Assembly (NCBI RefSeq): GCF_002113885.1
Contig: NW_018408899.1
Span: forward strand, 333,988 to 397,987
Source of the DNA: Mizuhopecten yessoensis
Taxonomy: Eukaryota
DNA length: 64,000 bases
Direction of reading: 5' to 3'
A program made the translations under genes and the position numbers. The stretch's first letter is position 1; every line of letters starts with the position of its first letter. Of the stretch, positions 51,501 through 63,756 are shown piece after piece. The notes beneath the pieces are model-generated. The model had not been told where the DNA came from. It did not search any database and was given only the letters and a program-made list of their open reading frames with translations.

Positions 51501-52781
51501 GGATGCTAAATGTCTCCAATCTGACCTGGACAAATTAGCCGTATGGGCAAAAAACTGGACTATGTCCGTCCACCCGGACAAGTGTAGCGTACTTTCTATA
51601 ACACGTAGTCGTTCTCCCAAAATGTTTGATTATACCCTTTACGGACAAACCTTCAAACATGTAAATACTGCTAAATATTTGGGCATTACGTTCAGTTCAG
51701 ACATGCGTTAGGAGAAACATATGACCAACATTTGTGACAAAGCCAACAACACTTTAAGCTTTTTAAGACGAAACCTCAAAATCAGCTCCAAAGGAATTAA
51801 AGAACAGGCATACAGATCTTTAGTTAGGCCATCAGTTGAATATGCCAGTACTGTATGGGACCCATATTTAGAACAAGACATCAACAAAATTGAAATGGTC
51901 CAGCGGAGAGGAGCAAGATTTACCTTAAATCGCCATGGCAACAGTGTAGGAGATATGTTAGATACTTTAAATTTGCCACCTTTAGAAACAAGAAGACAAA
52001 ATGCCCGCCTAGCCATGCTTTACAAAATTAAAAACAACCCGGATGCAATTGACTCTACAAACAAACTACTCCCAGCTACACGTCTATCTAGAAACCAACA
52101 TGAACAATGCTTCTCCATACCTCACTGCAGAACCCAGTATAAGAAAATGTCCTTTTATCCACGCACTATAGTTGATTGGAACAGCCTCCCGCCAGATATC
52201 GCCTACAAAAAAATCACTAGTGGCCTTCAAATCTGCCATCCTAAACTTTAAAAAACCGTAAAGTAATGTGTGTTTTTATCCTTATCTATTTTTATTAGGT
52301 GATTATTTCTAAATTAGAAAAATCATTAGCAGTACATCAGTACACTCCTGTACGGGAAGGGTTCAGAAAGGTGGCCAGTGTTGATATGACCAACACCGAT
52401 TAAGAACCCTTCCCCAATACAGAGCAGTTGTAATCTTTGTTAATTTGGCAATTTATTTTTGGTTCCATGTACAAAAGCACAGTTCTGTACAGTAAAAGTT
52501 CCTAAAGTTGGCCAGTGTTGATATGACCAACACCGAGTAAGAACTCTTCCTAATACAGAGTAGCTGGTTCTAAAAAACAAACAAACAAAACACTAAATAA
52601 TCAACCTTCAAATTTCCTTATTATATTAACTATTAGTAGTATTCTTCCTCATACTTATAATTATTATTATTATTATTTTTGTTTTTAAACATTTTTAATT
52701 GTACTATTGCGCACGCACAAACCAGTGTCATTATATTCGGCAAGACGAATGAGGACACTTACATGGCAGAAGCAGAAGAAG
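48560..52781 (+). mobile_element. Degenerate APE-type LINE (RTE-X/CR1-group-like): 2A-like motif, PHD finger, APE, RT, 3' UTR and (GAA)n tail
   Basis: PHD CGTC..GIVCESCDQWFHSNC..WHCLIC; APE LNINFQS..PDIIIGTETWL..RKDR..GGGVLIA..GVSDHD; RT KAAGPD..ENYRPISL..LDFSKAFDKV..GVPHGSVLGP..HADD; C-terminus SFYPRTIVDWNSLP; tail gcagaagcagaagaag. Multiple stops and frameshifts. The 5' boundary is approximate. Confidence 0.9.
49047..49070 (+). other. 2A-like ribosome-skipping (StopGo) motif DIEQNPG/P in the LINE ORF
   Basis: gat att gaa caa aat cca ggc cca = DIEQNPGP, matching D[V/I]ExNPGP. It is preceded by the hydrophobic stretch WLLYLLISIITQSN and lies just before the PHD finger. Confidence 0.75.
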
Positions 52782-52844
52782 GGGCATGCTTTAGAATGCT
52801 ATAAAAAGCAATATCTACCAAGAGTTGTCGTTCCTTTACACCAC

Positions 52845-52951
52845 CGCAAGATTTCGAGTTATCGAACTTGACCTTTATTTACTTCCGTTCAAGATAGCCG
52901 GCTCATAAACACATGACAAATGCAGAACGAAGTCAATTTATCATACCGCTG
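52845..52951 (+). promoter_or_regulatory. Probable SMIM15 promoter and first non-coding exon
   Basis: ETS-like ACTTCCG at 52881, YY1-like AAGATAGCCG at 52891, donor ctg|gtatgt at 52951/52952. A second candidate donor tag|gtatgt is at 53220. The acceptor ttttacattgtag| at 53862 precedes the CDS. Confidence 0.55.
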
Positions 52952-53977
52952 GTATGTATCACTGCTATATAACCTTACATAAACAAAGATCATTCAAATA
53001 GTTTTTCAAAGCAAGGACTACGATGCAATTTAAGGGAAAAGATCATGGAACTTGACACGTCACTGCTGTCACTGAGCACTTAAAACATTTCTCAAATGAC
53101 GCGTGTTTCTTACTAGAGTGAACCTCGTGTGGTTATTTTTGTGTCTGTGTTTGGAATCCCTAGCTGCTAAATTCTAAGAATAAGGATAAAAATATCGGCA
53201 TAGTGCAAAATCTCGAATAGGTATGTGGGCGTTGCCCCCACCTAAATACTTCAATTTACTTGGAAAGTTAAACTTGGTAATGTATAAAAAGTGTATCTCT
53301 CTTGTAAAAGGCATACTAGGCTATGAAGAACCCACTACTAGTAGTAGAAGTAGTAGTAGTAGTGGTAACTCCCTCCTCTTGTAGGAGAACCAGCTCTTAA
53401 GGCTGTATGTTGATTCTGAAGCCAGATACATTAAATACTTGAATGGCGGTTAGAAGCTGTATAGCTGGAGTGGGAGACATATGTAATGGATATAAGTCTG
53501 TATTGCAGTGTTTACTGAGTAGTCTATTTGAAAGTAGAGCTTAATCAAGGACTATAATGTGAAGAGAGAGAGACAGTTTAAACGACCTATATCCCACTGA
53601 GTTACCCGTTACATGTCTGAAAATATATTTAGGGGTACTGTATGTAGGCAATACTATTTCTTTTTCATTGTTTATAAGGGTTATCTATATGGGAGTATAA
53701 TCTTGACTTTTCTTTGAAAATTGCCAAAAGTTTACTAAAGATAAAATTACATATACATTTTTATTTACCGCAACAAAAAGATAAATCTAAGAAATATGTA
53801 TATTTATCTCAAATATTCATATTTTATTTATACGTTTATTGATATTCATTTTTACATTGTAGAGAACTAACTAGAAAAAATACTACCATTGTTGAAAAGA
53901 AAAAGTCATAAAGAAGACAGCTCTTGCAGTTTCAAGTCAAGAAGTTCAGGGAACAAATATAAACTCTCAAACTAGCC

Positions 53978-54199
53978 ATGTTTGACTGGAGAGAATGGTT
54001 GGAGTATATCTTAAGATGGGCAGCTACTAGTCCATGGGAATTTGTGTTCACAATCCTCCTTTGTTTGTCACCGTTCTTCTTCATCAGTGCAATTCTGGCA
54101 TGGAAACTTGCACAGGAGATTGAGGCAAAAGAAAAAGAGAAGAAAAAGAAAGCAAAACGAGAAGCAGCTATTAAGAAAAAACAGCAAAAAGCAGACTGA
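53978..54199 (+). CDS. SMIM15: Small integral membrane protein 15 (UPF0542), 73 aa, single coding exon
   Basis: MFDWREWLEYILRWAATSPWEFVFTILLCLSPFFFISAILAWKLAQEIEAKEKEKKKKAKR... aligns end to end with recalled human SMIM15 ([61 protein letters not shown]). Good Kozak context gccATG. Confidence 0.95.
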   Translation: MFDWREWLEYILRWAATSPWEFVFTILLCLSPFFFISAILAWKLAQEIEAKEKEKKKKAKREAAIKKKQQKAD

Positions 54200-55974
54200 T
54201 TAAATATGAATAACTATGCAACTTATTGCATCAACATGGAATGACTTTTCGATATTTCCACTTAATGTTAATTTTAATTGTTTCTCATTCCTGAGTATAT
54301 GTGAATTGAAGAATTTCAGGATTTTTGAATGGAACAATGTCAGAGTGCTTGGAATGAAAGATACATTATGACAACATGAAGAGTTTTCCTGTGAGAATTT
54401 CTTGTATGTGAATGTTTTAATGATAGTTTGAAAGTTAATTATAAGAATAATATATTCTGCTCTTTTGTATGTAAAATTTTATTACATATTTATCCATTAA
54501 GCATGTTTGTCTCGAAAGAATATTTGATGTCAAAATGAATAGTTCTCAATAAATAGAGACATTACTGTGCACAATCTAAATGTCATATACAGATGTATGT
54601 ATTATACATGTAATTACATGCGAGTCATTATATTTGTCAGTCTTTGGTCTTTTTGTAGCCACATGTATATTATTTAGTAATATTAACTTATTAAGCCTAT
54701 TATAAAATATAGAAGTAACCAATGAGGATAAGATATCGATTGTAGTACGATATACTATTTAAACTGGATTCTGTGAAGTCTAGATTTTTATCTAAACTGA
54801 ATAAAAAAAGAATCAGATTGTAACATTGACAATGCCTAGCAACTAGCCTCTACAATCCAGATAACAGTCACATTAATTGTGCAAACACGTACGGAGCAGT
54901 GTGCAGCTGGCGACCACAGAACGGTCAAGGGGAGACAACTCATTACATTCACCAAACCTTTTTAATTTCTCCGAAATAATTCTTTTGGAATATCATAAAT
55001 CATAAAACAAGTTTTACTATTTAATGCAAACTGAATGATAGGGCCATGAACAGACACCAGTCTGCACGAGAACAGTATTAAATTCAGGATGTAAAATGGT
55101 AATATGGATTTCCAAGCCAAGGTTTACCGAGGGATGCACAGTATAGCTCTGCTAAGCTCAGCAGTGAACCATGATCCAATGTAGTGTCGCCTCTTACTCA
55201 GTTCCCCTCTAGGCTCAATAGGTGCTCAGCCTATATGTAACAACACACAATTTATAATGGATATCAGTCAACCTCTGTTTCTACCTTACACAGATTATTG
55301 TATTTGTATTACTAGGTATGTGTATCTATACATTCAGGTTTACTGTACTTACTAAGACACTAATGGTAATTGTTACTTTGATATTTAAACTCCATTTAAA
55401 AGTTCTGAAAGATATTATTCAGCTTAAAAAAACACGCCAATATAATGTACTTTATGACACAATTTATTCATTCATAGTTATCATATAAACATATTCACCA
55501 TCCCAACATTACCAGATTGGCACAAAAATGATCGTATACAATCAAAATGTTAATACCACATGTTCATTACATGTTGATAATATAGCGGGAACAGTATTTC
55601 ACTGCACTGTATTAAAATGACTCCATTAATATCTTAGCACACCAATTAACAGAATTCCTTCATCTGGCATCTTAACTTTGACCCACTGTACAAACTATGT
55701 GTACATTTGTATTTTATGTATTATTGATATACTAGGTTAAGGAATTATTTAACCTATGCCTCAGATTTTTATAAGAATTTCTTTCTCAAAAGTAACTTAA
55801 AATTACATGGTCTAAAGAAAATGATGTTGTTGTTTGAAGTGTAACAATAAAATCTGAAATATAACATTTCCAGAACAATGGAGTTTACAAATAGTGCATC
55901 ATCAGTCTTTACTTCAGAATAACAGCGTATGTACAATTTCTTTCAAAAAAACAAACTGGCCATTACAGTTGATG

Positions 55975-58900
55975 TCACGACACTGTTCTGTCTATGGGTG
56001 CTTCTTTATCTTTATAGTCCAACTTTCTAGTAGATCCTGATTTTAATTCCATATCTTCAAAATCGGGATGTGGTTCTGAAAATAGAAACCAAACTTTCAT
56101 ATAATCAAAGACAATAGTTATACAAAGCTGAGTGCACATTATTGTGTTATGTTTAGATTTTTCACACTTTGTTACACTAAAAGTATGTAAGGAATACTTT
56201 TCTATTTTGGTCAGGTTTTGAGGTGATAAAACCAGTTGAGCACAAGGAAAATGAACACCGTAAGATGTTGAAGGAGAGTGTAAACATGCATTATAAGTAC
56301 CACATAATATGAAGGAGAGAGTGTAGACATGCATTATAAGTACCACATAATACATCTAATATAAGGGAGAATGAGATCCAACGTCCACTAATGGATTCAG
56401 TGAAGTTCTGTGTTCCCCAGTTGATGGATTCCGAAATGGAATTCACGGCCATATAAGAGTAATTGCTCTTCAAGTTGATCTTAAAACCTGAAAAACAATC
56501 CCAAGCAAGTTGATGGCTAGGTCTTGTTTGTTTAAGCTTTATTGTCTACAGGGCACTAAAAGCAGTGTTCAGGAACTTTTTTTATTTACTGGAGTAGTGA
56601 TGTTGAGTTGACATTTTACCTGTGAAAGACAGCTCAAATTATTGTGGTGAAATGAAAATGCAGGTGGAAAGTAGGATAGACAGATGAAGTTCACTCCCAA
56701 TCTTGATTTATGGCAATAAAAAAGTATCTGTACATGACTGTCTTAACCAAATATGAGTTATCCCTTCTTTGGCTTTCCTGTGTAAAATATTCAGCCTGAA
56801 CAGTAACACAGTTTGACTTACGTTTTTCAAGTAATTTGGAGGCGTCCAGGTTTGTAGAAATTTCACTATTTGCTTCTAATGACAATTTTTCCTGTAATAC
56901 AGATAAAAAGGTTAAGTTAACAAAAAGAGGCATACTTGCCAACCCTCCCTATTTAGGAGGAACAGTCTCGATATTGGACCCTGAAATTTAGTGTATTTTC
57001 AACATGTGAATTTGCTACACTATTACCATATTCAAAGATCTAATGATTTCATCTATAAGAACAACTCAAAATATGTCATTTAAAGGGTTATTTTATTGAG
57101 GTCATGGCTCCTAACTTCGTATTTAACATATAGAGGTTGTGGTTCTTAACTTCGTATTTAACATATAGATGTTGTGGTTCTTAACTTCATTTTAACTTGT
57201 CCTGGTCGTGGGGACACAATTTATTTGAGCTTTCAGATTCTCCACCATGGAAATTTCTAAAATGTTGGCAAGTATGAAAACAACAAAACCAATTTCATTT
57301 TTTCAGACATGAAGAAAAATGATAACCGATGATCTTTTAACATGATGATGTTTCCCTAAAATAAACATGACATGACTTCAGCGTTACCTTTTTTTCATGA
57401 ATGTACAAAGATATTCTTGAATGCCCATCCCACTTCCAACACCCAAACCCTCTAACTTTTTTAACCAATTCAAAATTACGAGGTAAAAGTCTCACTTAAT
57501 TTCAGCAATTATTTAAGCAAGACCAACAAAATCATAATACATATGTTTTTCTTACATAGCTCCAGCACATGTAAATTTTGAACTTACAAGCAGCAAGATT
57601 TTACTAATAGGATAATTGGAGAAATAATACTAGTGATATACCTCTTCTTCTCTGGTTTCAACTTCCAGTGCTCTCTGTCGTGTTTTCATCATCGACATAT
57701 AATTGTGTTCAATTTCCTGCAAAAGAAGGAATTTCATTGTACATTTATATATACATCAGGCAGACTTTGAATAATTCTTCTAGCCCAAATAACATTTTCA
57801 TAGTAAATATTGATAATTTTCATTTGCCCCTACGTAATATTTACCTATACTTGGATTCAAGCTATACAATGTGGAATTGCACATCCCTGCACACACATTT
57901 CATGGAATTATGTATACATTATATATGTACAGATTCTTAGGGATCAACAATCAAAGTGATTCAAAATACATTTGGATAATTTTAAACAGAAATTCAAAAG
58001 GATCAACTTAACTGATGGTAAGCAATCCTTACCAGCACAGCTACTTTCGAATACACTGCTATGACTAATATTCTACGAACTGCATATTTATAGCAATCTT
58101 ATAGAACAGATTTTTTGAATTGTGAATCAAGTTGATGACTGAAAATTAAGCCCTTCATCACAATATAAAATTAAGTACGACTTTATTCAAAGTTTATATT
58201 TGCAGTTATATCCTCTAGTATGCAAGTACCTGAAGTGAGGGCGGGGTTTTCCTGCTGTGCCGAAGCCATGCTGAAAATACAGACAAAAATATTAGTAAAT
58301 GTTTGTATTGAAACCAGAAAAGTGTCCAGTGGTTCAGAAGAGGAAATTGTGTGTAGAAATTACTGATTAACAGACAACTGATACATCTGTACAGCATAAG
58401 CTCACCAAGACGTTTTGGACCAGGTGAAAGTAGAGAAACTGAGCGAACTCAAAAAGATAAACCCCCGCTTCGTCTTATCTAGGTATTCAAACTTTGTCTG
58501 CAGGAGGCATAATATTCAAGTTACAAACCCCATCCTTCATAATATACTTTTACTGTGATAAGTTACAGACAAGCAAATTTGTTGAATTTATATCTCCCGC
58601 TTGCAGGACATATTGTAGGTAAACATTATTGAGGTTAGGTTTTAAACATGTGCTGTTGAGACATAATGTATAGCTTGAAACTCGGAGAAAAAAAAGCCTT
58701 GCACAAAAGTTAGACTTTTTATTAAACATGTAGGTATTACAGTGTAAATTAATCGTTTAGTCCATCAGAGTTTACTAACCTCATTAATTCTCCATAAATA
58801 TGCACAAATCACATCGGTTGGCAAACTTAGCATGAGTGCGATGTGCATACAGAATTTGGTTGAAATATCTGAACAATATCTACAGCAATTATCACACGAA

Positions 58901-61900
58901 AACCAAAGAGTGCCCGAGATGGGTGGAAAGACAGAGAAACACAAACATTGTTGTCAAGTTTGAAGGAATTTGGCTTATATTTGCTGGAGTTATTAAGTGG
59001 AAACTGCAGATAATGATTTTTTTCGTTAATCAAGGGGCCATAACTCCACCAAATATAGTCTGCTGAAAGTGGTCATCGAACTTGGTCGAGCCCTTAAGGC
59101 ATTTAACCCTGGTACCAAGTTTAAAGAAAATCGGTTAATATTTGTTGCAGTGATTGCACGGAAACGGTAGATAATGGTGTTGTTTTTTGTTATTCAAGGG
59201 GCCATAACTCCACCAAATATAGTCTGCTGAAAGTGGTCATCGAACTTGGTCAAGCCCTTAAGGCATTTAACCCTGGTACCAAGTTTAAAGAAAAATCGGT
59301 TAATATTTGTTGCAGTGATTGCACGGAAACAGTAGATAATGGTGTTGTTTTTCGTTATTCAAGGGGCCATAACTCCACCAAATATAGTCTGCTGAAAGTG
59401 GTCATCGAACTTGGTCAAGCCCTTAAGGCATTTAACCCTGGTACCAAGTTTAAAGAAAATCGGTTAAGCTGTTATTTGTTGCAGTGATTGCACGGAAACG
59501 GCAGAAAATGGCGTTGTTTCGTTATTCAAGGGACCATAACTCCGCCAAACCCAAATTAATATCCCCCGTTTCGGTGATAGCGAGAAATAAAAAAAAGTAC
59601 AACACTAAGGAGGAGTTGAATTTATAAGGCTTCTGAAGCAGAAATTTAAGTTTCAAGAGCCATAACTCCAGGAAAATCAGTCTTTATACACATCTCCATA
59701 TGATGTATTTTCACCATGCTACGTTACGAACAAATCTAACAAACAGTTCAAGAGGAGTTTTGTTTATAATGTTTCTGGACCAAATATTTTAAGTTTGAAG
59801 TGTCATAACTCTAGGAAATATATTAACCAGAAGTCAAATATCATATTCCTTTCACCATGTACATCTAATTATGATGTACTTGCACTGTATCAAGTTACAA
59901 AAAAATCCAACATGGTTTAAGAGGAGATGTGCTTACTAATGATCATGGATGGACGGATGGACAGTATGAACACCTTAGTCTTGCTTCCACTTTGTGGCGG
60001 CGAGACCAAAACTTGCTGTAAGATATGTAGCTTTCACTAATTTCATTTAAAAAAATCAACGTAAACACATTTAAGCATACTACTGAGTAGTTTAGCTGCA
60101 TACAGCATCGGATCATAACTCATACACATGTACATGTGCAACAGGCTTACAGGACAGCAACAACATCCCTAGAGGGCCTATATTGCTCACTGTGTGCTTT
60201 TAAGCAATTATGGCAAAATCCTCCTATTGAAAGTAAACTGGGAAATATTTTTCTGTTTTGGTTGAAGTCTAAATGCATGTGTATGGTTATAAGGCTTGAG
60301 TTAATGACGCTGAAAGTAATTCCCCATGGGCCCAGCCAGACCCCATGGCTGACCCTGTTAGCAGTAGCATGTGTTTTGTTTTTTAATGTCCATCAAGTTA
60401 AGGGATGATATCTTGATCATTTCCAAGTTATGAATCATGGACCTAGCTTCCAAGGGCTTGGCTGAACCCCTTGGTCAATCTTATTTACATAAGTGTATTA
60501 ATGATTTCATACATAACCATTACAAATATGTTTCAAGGGTGTAGATTTCAATTATTCAAATGTTTTGACCCAGGGACTAAACCCCAATAAACTGAAACTG
60601 TAATTAATTATAAGGTCAAGCTCTGGTAGCATTTTGTTATACCTACAGATAGCATTTTTCATAGAGTTATGATATAGGGATCTCAAACAATCCAGATTAT
60701 AACCCAGAGACTAAGTACCCAGGGATGAGTCAAGACCCCTGGACCAATCTTGAGCAGCTGGTAGCATGACTACATTTGTATTCTCATGACTAGGAACTAG
60801 GAACTGTTACTATTATTTAAAGGGTGTGTATTCCTACTGTTTCCATGTAATGACTCTGCAGTTACTAATTGACCAGGTTAATCGACAACAGACTGATATA
60901 AAAAAAAGTCGATAAAACGTCAGAATAATTCGGACTACCGGGAGTGCTGCCCCCTTCCCCCTAGCCAATCTTAGCATGAACATTATAATATCCCTATCCT
61001 ACACCTTTAGGCATGAAAGAGTATTTTTCTATCATTCCAACTACCAGAATAAGCCTAAAAACCATAAAAATGTGTTTGGACTGGCTTTCATTTTGAAAAC
61101 TATCCATTTTCCCCCTGAACTGTTTAGACGAAAACGAATTCGTCACGAGATTTAGCAAACCCCATATATGCAAACAGAGTTTGCGCAGAAAAAAATATCT
61201 CATCTTCCTAACGTTGCCTTTTCCACATTGCGGCATCAGTGTTTTCCAAATTCGTGATGTCATATCATTGTTGAGACATTGTGATGTCACGTCATGTGAA
61301 ATGGGGTGTAAGATAGAAATTTTCTACACCCCTTTCTTACCTTGGACATTTCTATCTTACACACACGGGAATGAGAGAAAAATATATATATTCAACTTTT
61401 CTTGCTCTGCAATTGTTTAAATGGTTATAGGGTTGGATTAAAAACTGTTTTCATGCAAGGTCCAGGGACTAAGTCTCCAGAGGTGGGGCTGAACTCAGAA
61501 TCAAATCCTAACACTAGGATTTTGTTCAGCACTTTATGCCTAGCAGCAGTATACATAGATAAGGGGATATAGCATATTCTGTGTTATGTTATGACCTTGG
61601 TTGTATTCATCTCTTAGTGCTCAGTCAGGGCATAAGGTTCTAAGACGTTAGGGATGGACTAGACCCAAGGGCCAATTCTGGTAACATGAATGCATACTTT
61701 ACAAGTGTATGTGGTTAAAAAGTGGAGTTTTTGATAATTGTTCAAGTAATATATCTCTACAGTGACAATTGCTCTTTTTGGGCCCTATATATATTCCACC
61801 AGACCTGGGGTCACCCAACTTTATTTATAAAACAAGGGGCCAAGAGGGCCTGTATCGCTCACCTGAATATGTTTAAAATAATTGGTATTAAGTAAAGATA

Positions 61901-63756
61901 TAGCACTCCATGGTAGGTGCTGTAAGGTACATATGAAATTTCAGAAAGATCCACTCAGTACTTGAGATATAACAAATTTCAAACAGAGCCCCACCCCTAT
62001 GCCCCTAGGGGGGTCATGCCCATCGTTTATACAAAATTGAGTCCCCTTGGCCCAAGGATGCTCCAGACTAAATTAAGATAAAATCCCTTAATCCCTATGG
62101 TAGAAGAAGGATTCCCTCTATTTCCCCTATAGGGCCCAGCCCCTCAGGTCCCAGGGGGGGGCCACACCCACTGTTTATACAAAATTGGTTCCCCTTTACT
62201 CAAGGATGATTCACACCAAATATGGACCAAATCTTTTCATTCCTACAGAAGAAGGATTTTAAAGAATAATTTGCTATGTTTCCCCTATTGGGCCCCGCCC
62301 CTCAGGCCCCTGGGGGGTCAGACCCATGGTTTATACAAAATTGGTACCCCTTCACCCAAGGATGCTTCAGACTAAATATGGAATAAATCCTGTCATTCCT
62401 ACAGAAGAAGAAGGATTTTTAAGAATTTGCTATATTTCCCATATTGGGCCCCGCCCCTCAGCCCCCAAGGGGGCCAGACCCACCGTTTATACAAAATTGG
62501 TTTCCCTTAACCCAAGGATGCTCAACACCAAATATGGACCAAATCCTGTCATTCCTACAGAAGTAGAAGGCTTTTAAAGAATAATTTGCTATGTTCCCCT
62601 ATTGGGCCCCGCCCCTCAGGCCCTTGGGAGGGCCAAACCCATGGTTTATACAAAACAGAGTCCCCTGGGCCCAAGGATGCTCAAAACTTAATAAGGATAA
62701 AATTCCTTAATCCCTAGGGTAGGAGAAGGATTTTGAAGGTTTTACCTCTATTTCCCCTATTTGGCCCCGCCCATCTGCCCCCAGGGGGCCACACCCACAA
62801 TTTATACAAAATTGAGTCTCCTTGGCCTAAGGATGCTCCAGACCAAATTAAGTCAAAATCTACTTGGCCGTTCAGGACTAGTAGCGTTTTAAAGGAAAAG
62901 TTGACAGACAACGGACGACGGACGCTGCGGTATGGCATAAGCTCATCATGGACCAGGTGAGCTAAAAATATTCACCTGGCAGTATTGATATTTCAAACAA
63001 AAACATACTGTCGTAACTTCAGAACAAATTTAGTAAATATCCTTGTATAGCTACGTACCGTATACTTAAGTTCTTAGGGAGTACAAGTTGCAAATTTTAC
63101 CTCTATTTCCCCTATTGGACCCTGTCCATTACGTCTTCTTCCACTTAAGTCTTAAGTCTCCTTGACCAAGAGGCACAAACCAAATTTGGCTGCAATTCAT
63201 AAGTTATTGAAACTAAAGAAGTTTTACCATTATTTACCAGGCCCTGCCCCTTCATCCCCAGAGAGTCACACCTTATGTTGACAGTGATACCCTTTTGAGT
63301 CCCCTTAGTCCGAGGATGCAACATATCAAAATCATTATCAAAATTGACGGAGTAAGATTCACAAGATCCATATTTCTCTTAAGTCTTATTGAGTCCTACT
63401 CTTTAACCAGGGGGAGGGAGGGGGGAAACCTTCTGCTTCTAATGCCATGAATTTTCTTTGCCCAAGTTGTGGTGACACACACTGGTTTATAACAGAACTT
63501 ATATGTAATGATGAACTAAATTGTGTCAGATTTGAACCCAGAACCTCCAGATGGATATTGTATGATATGTAAAGTATTGGCATATTGACAGTGATTTCTT
63601 GGCCTGTAAAATATAGGCTACTGAATTTTCAGCATGTCTTTTTATGGAGTCAAAATTTACCATTCCATTCTGTTGGTATTTCTAGTTCACTGTCCACCTT
63701 GGTCTGTCTATGAAAAGGTTTCACATAACGCCAACCTTTTCGATTCCTCCTCTCAT
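55975..63756 (-). CDS. NDUFAF2: NADH dehydrogenase (complex I) assembly factor 2 (mimitin), last five coding exons; first exon beyond window end
   Basis: Exons 63661-63756, 58230-58270, 57642-57716, 56822-56891 and 55975-56075 have canonical splice sites and consistent phases. The translation ..RYVKP..ELEIPTEWN|AWLRHSRKTPPSLQ|EIEHN..RQRALEVETREEE|..PHPDFEDMELKSG.. matches recalled NDUFAF2 DIPTEWEAWIRRTRKTPPTMEEI. Confidence 0.9.
57107..57198. repeat. Minisatellite, ~2.5 x 35 bp
   Basis: ggttcttaacttcgtatttaacatataga.gttgt is repeated. Confidence 0.85.
59030..59596 (-). repeat. Satellite-like tandem array (3+ near-identical ~165-bp units) within a HINE-like element, NDUFAF2 intron
   Basis: aagggg/accataactcc.ccaaa starts at 59032, 59196, 59361 and 59528. 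It is followed by the terminal hairpin atatcccccgtttcggtgatagcgagaaataaaaa. Confidence 0.85.
61829..62968 (-). mobile_element. Complete HINE with ~6 internal ~155-bp tandem units, NDUFAF2 intron
   Basis: Left end aaacaaggggccaagagggcctgtatcgctcacctg. The unit marker aaggatg recurs at ~62054, 62202, 62358, 62514, 62673 and 62829. Right end ggacgacggacg..agctcatc..caggtgagctaaaaa. Confidence 0.85.

Noticed and set aside
38128-60937. Possible 22.8-kb giant transposon bounded by ~60-bp inverted termini
   Set aside because: There is no target-site duplication (..ccttg vs ccggg..) and no transposase. The interval cuts through two host genes (TRIM last exon, NDUFAF2 intron). Two independent end fragments are more parsimonious.
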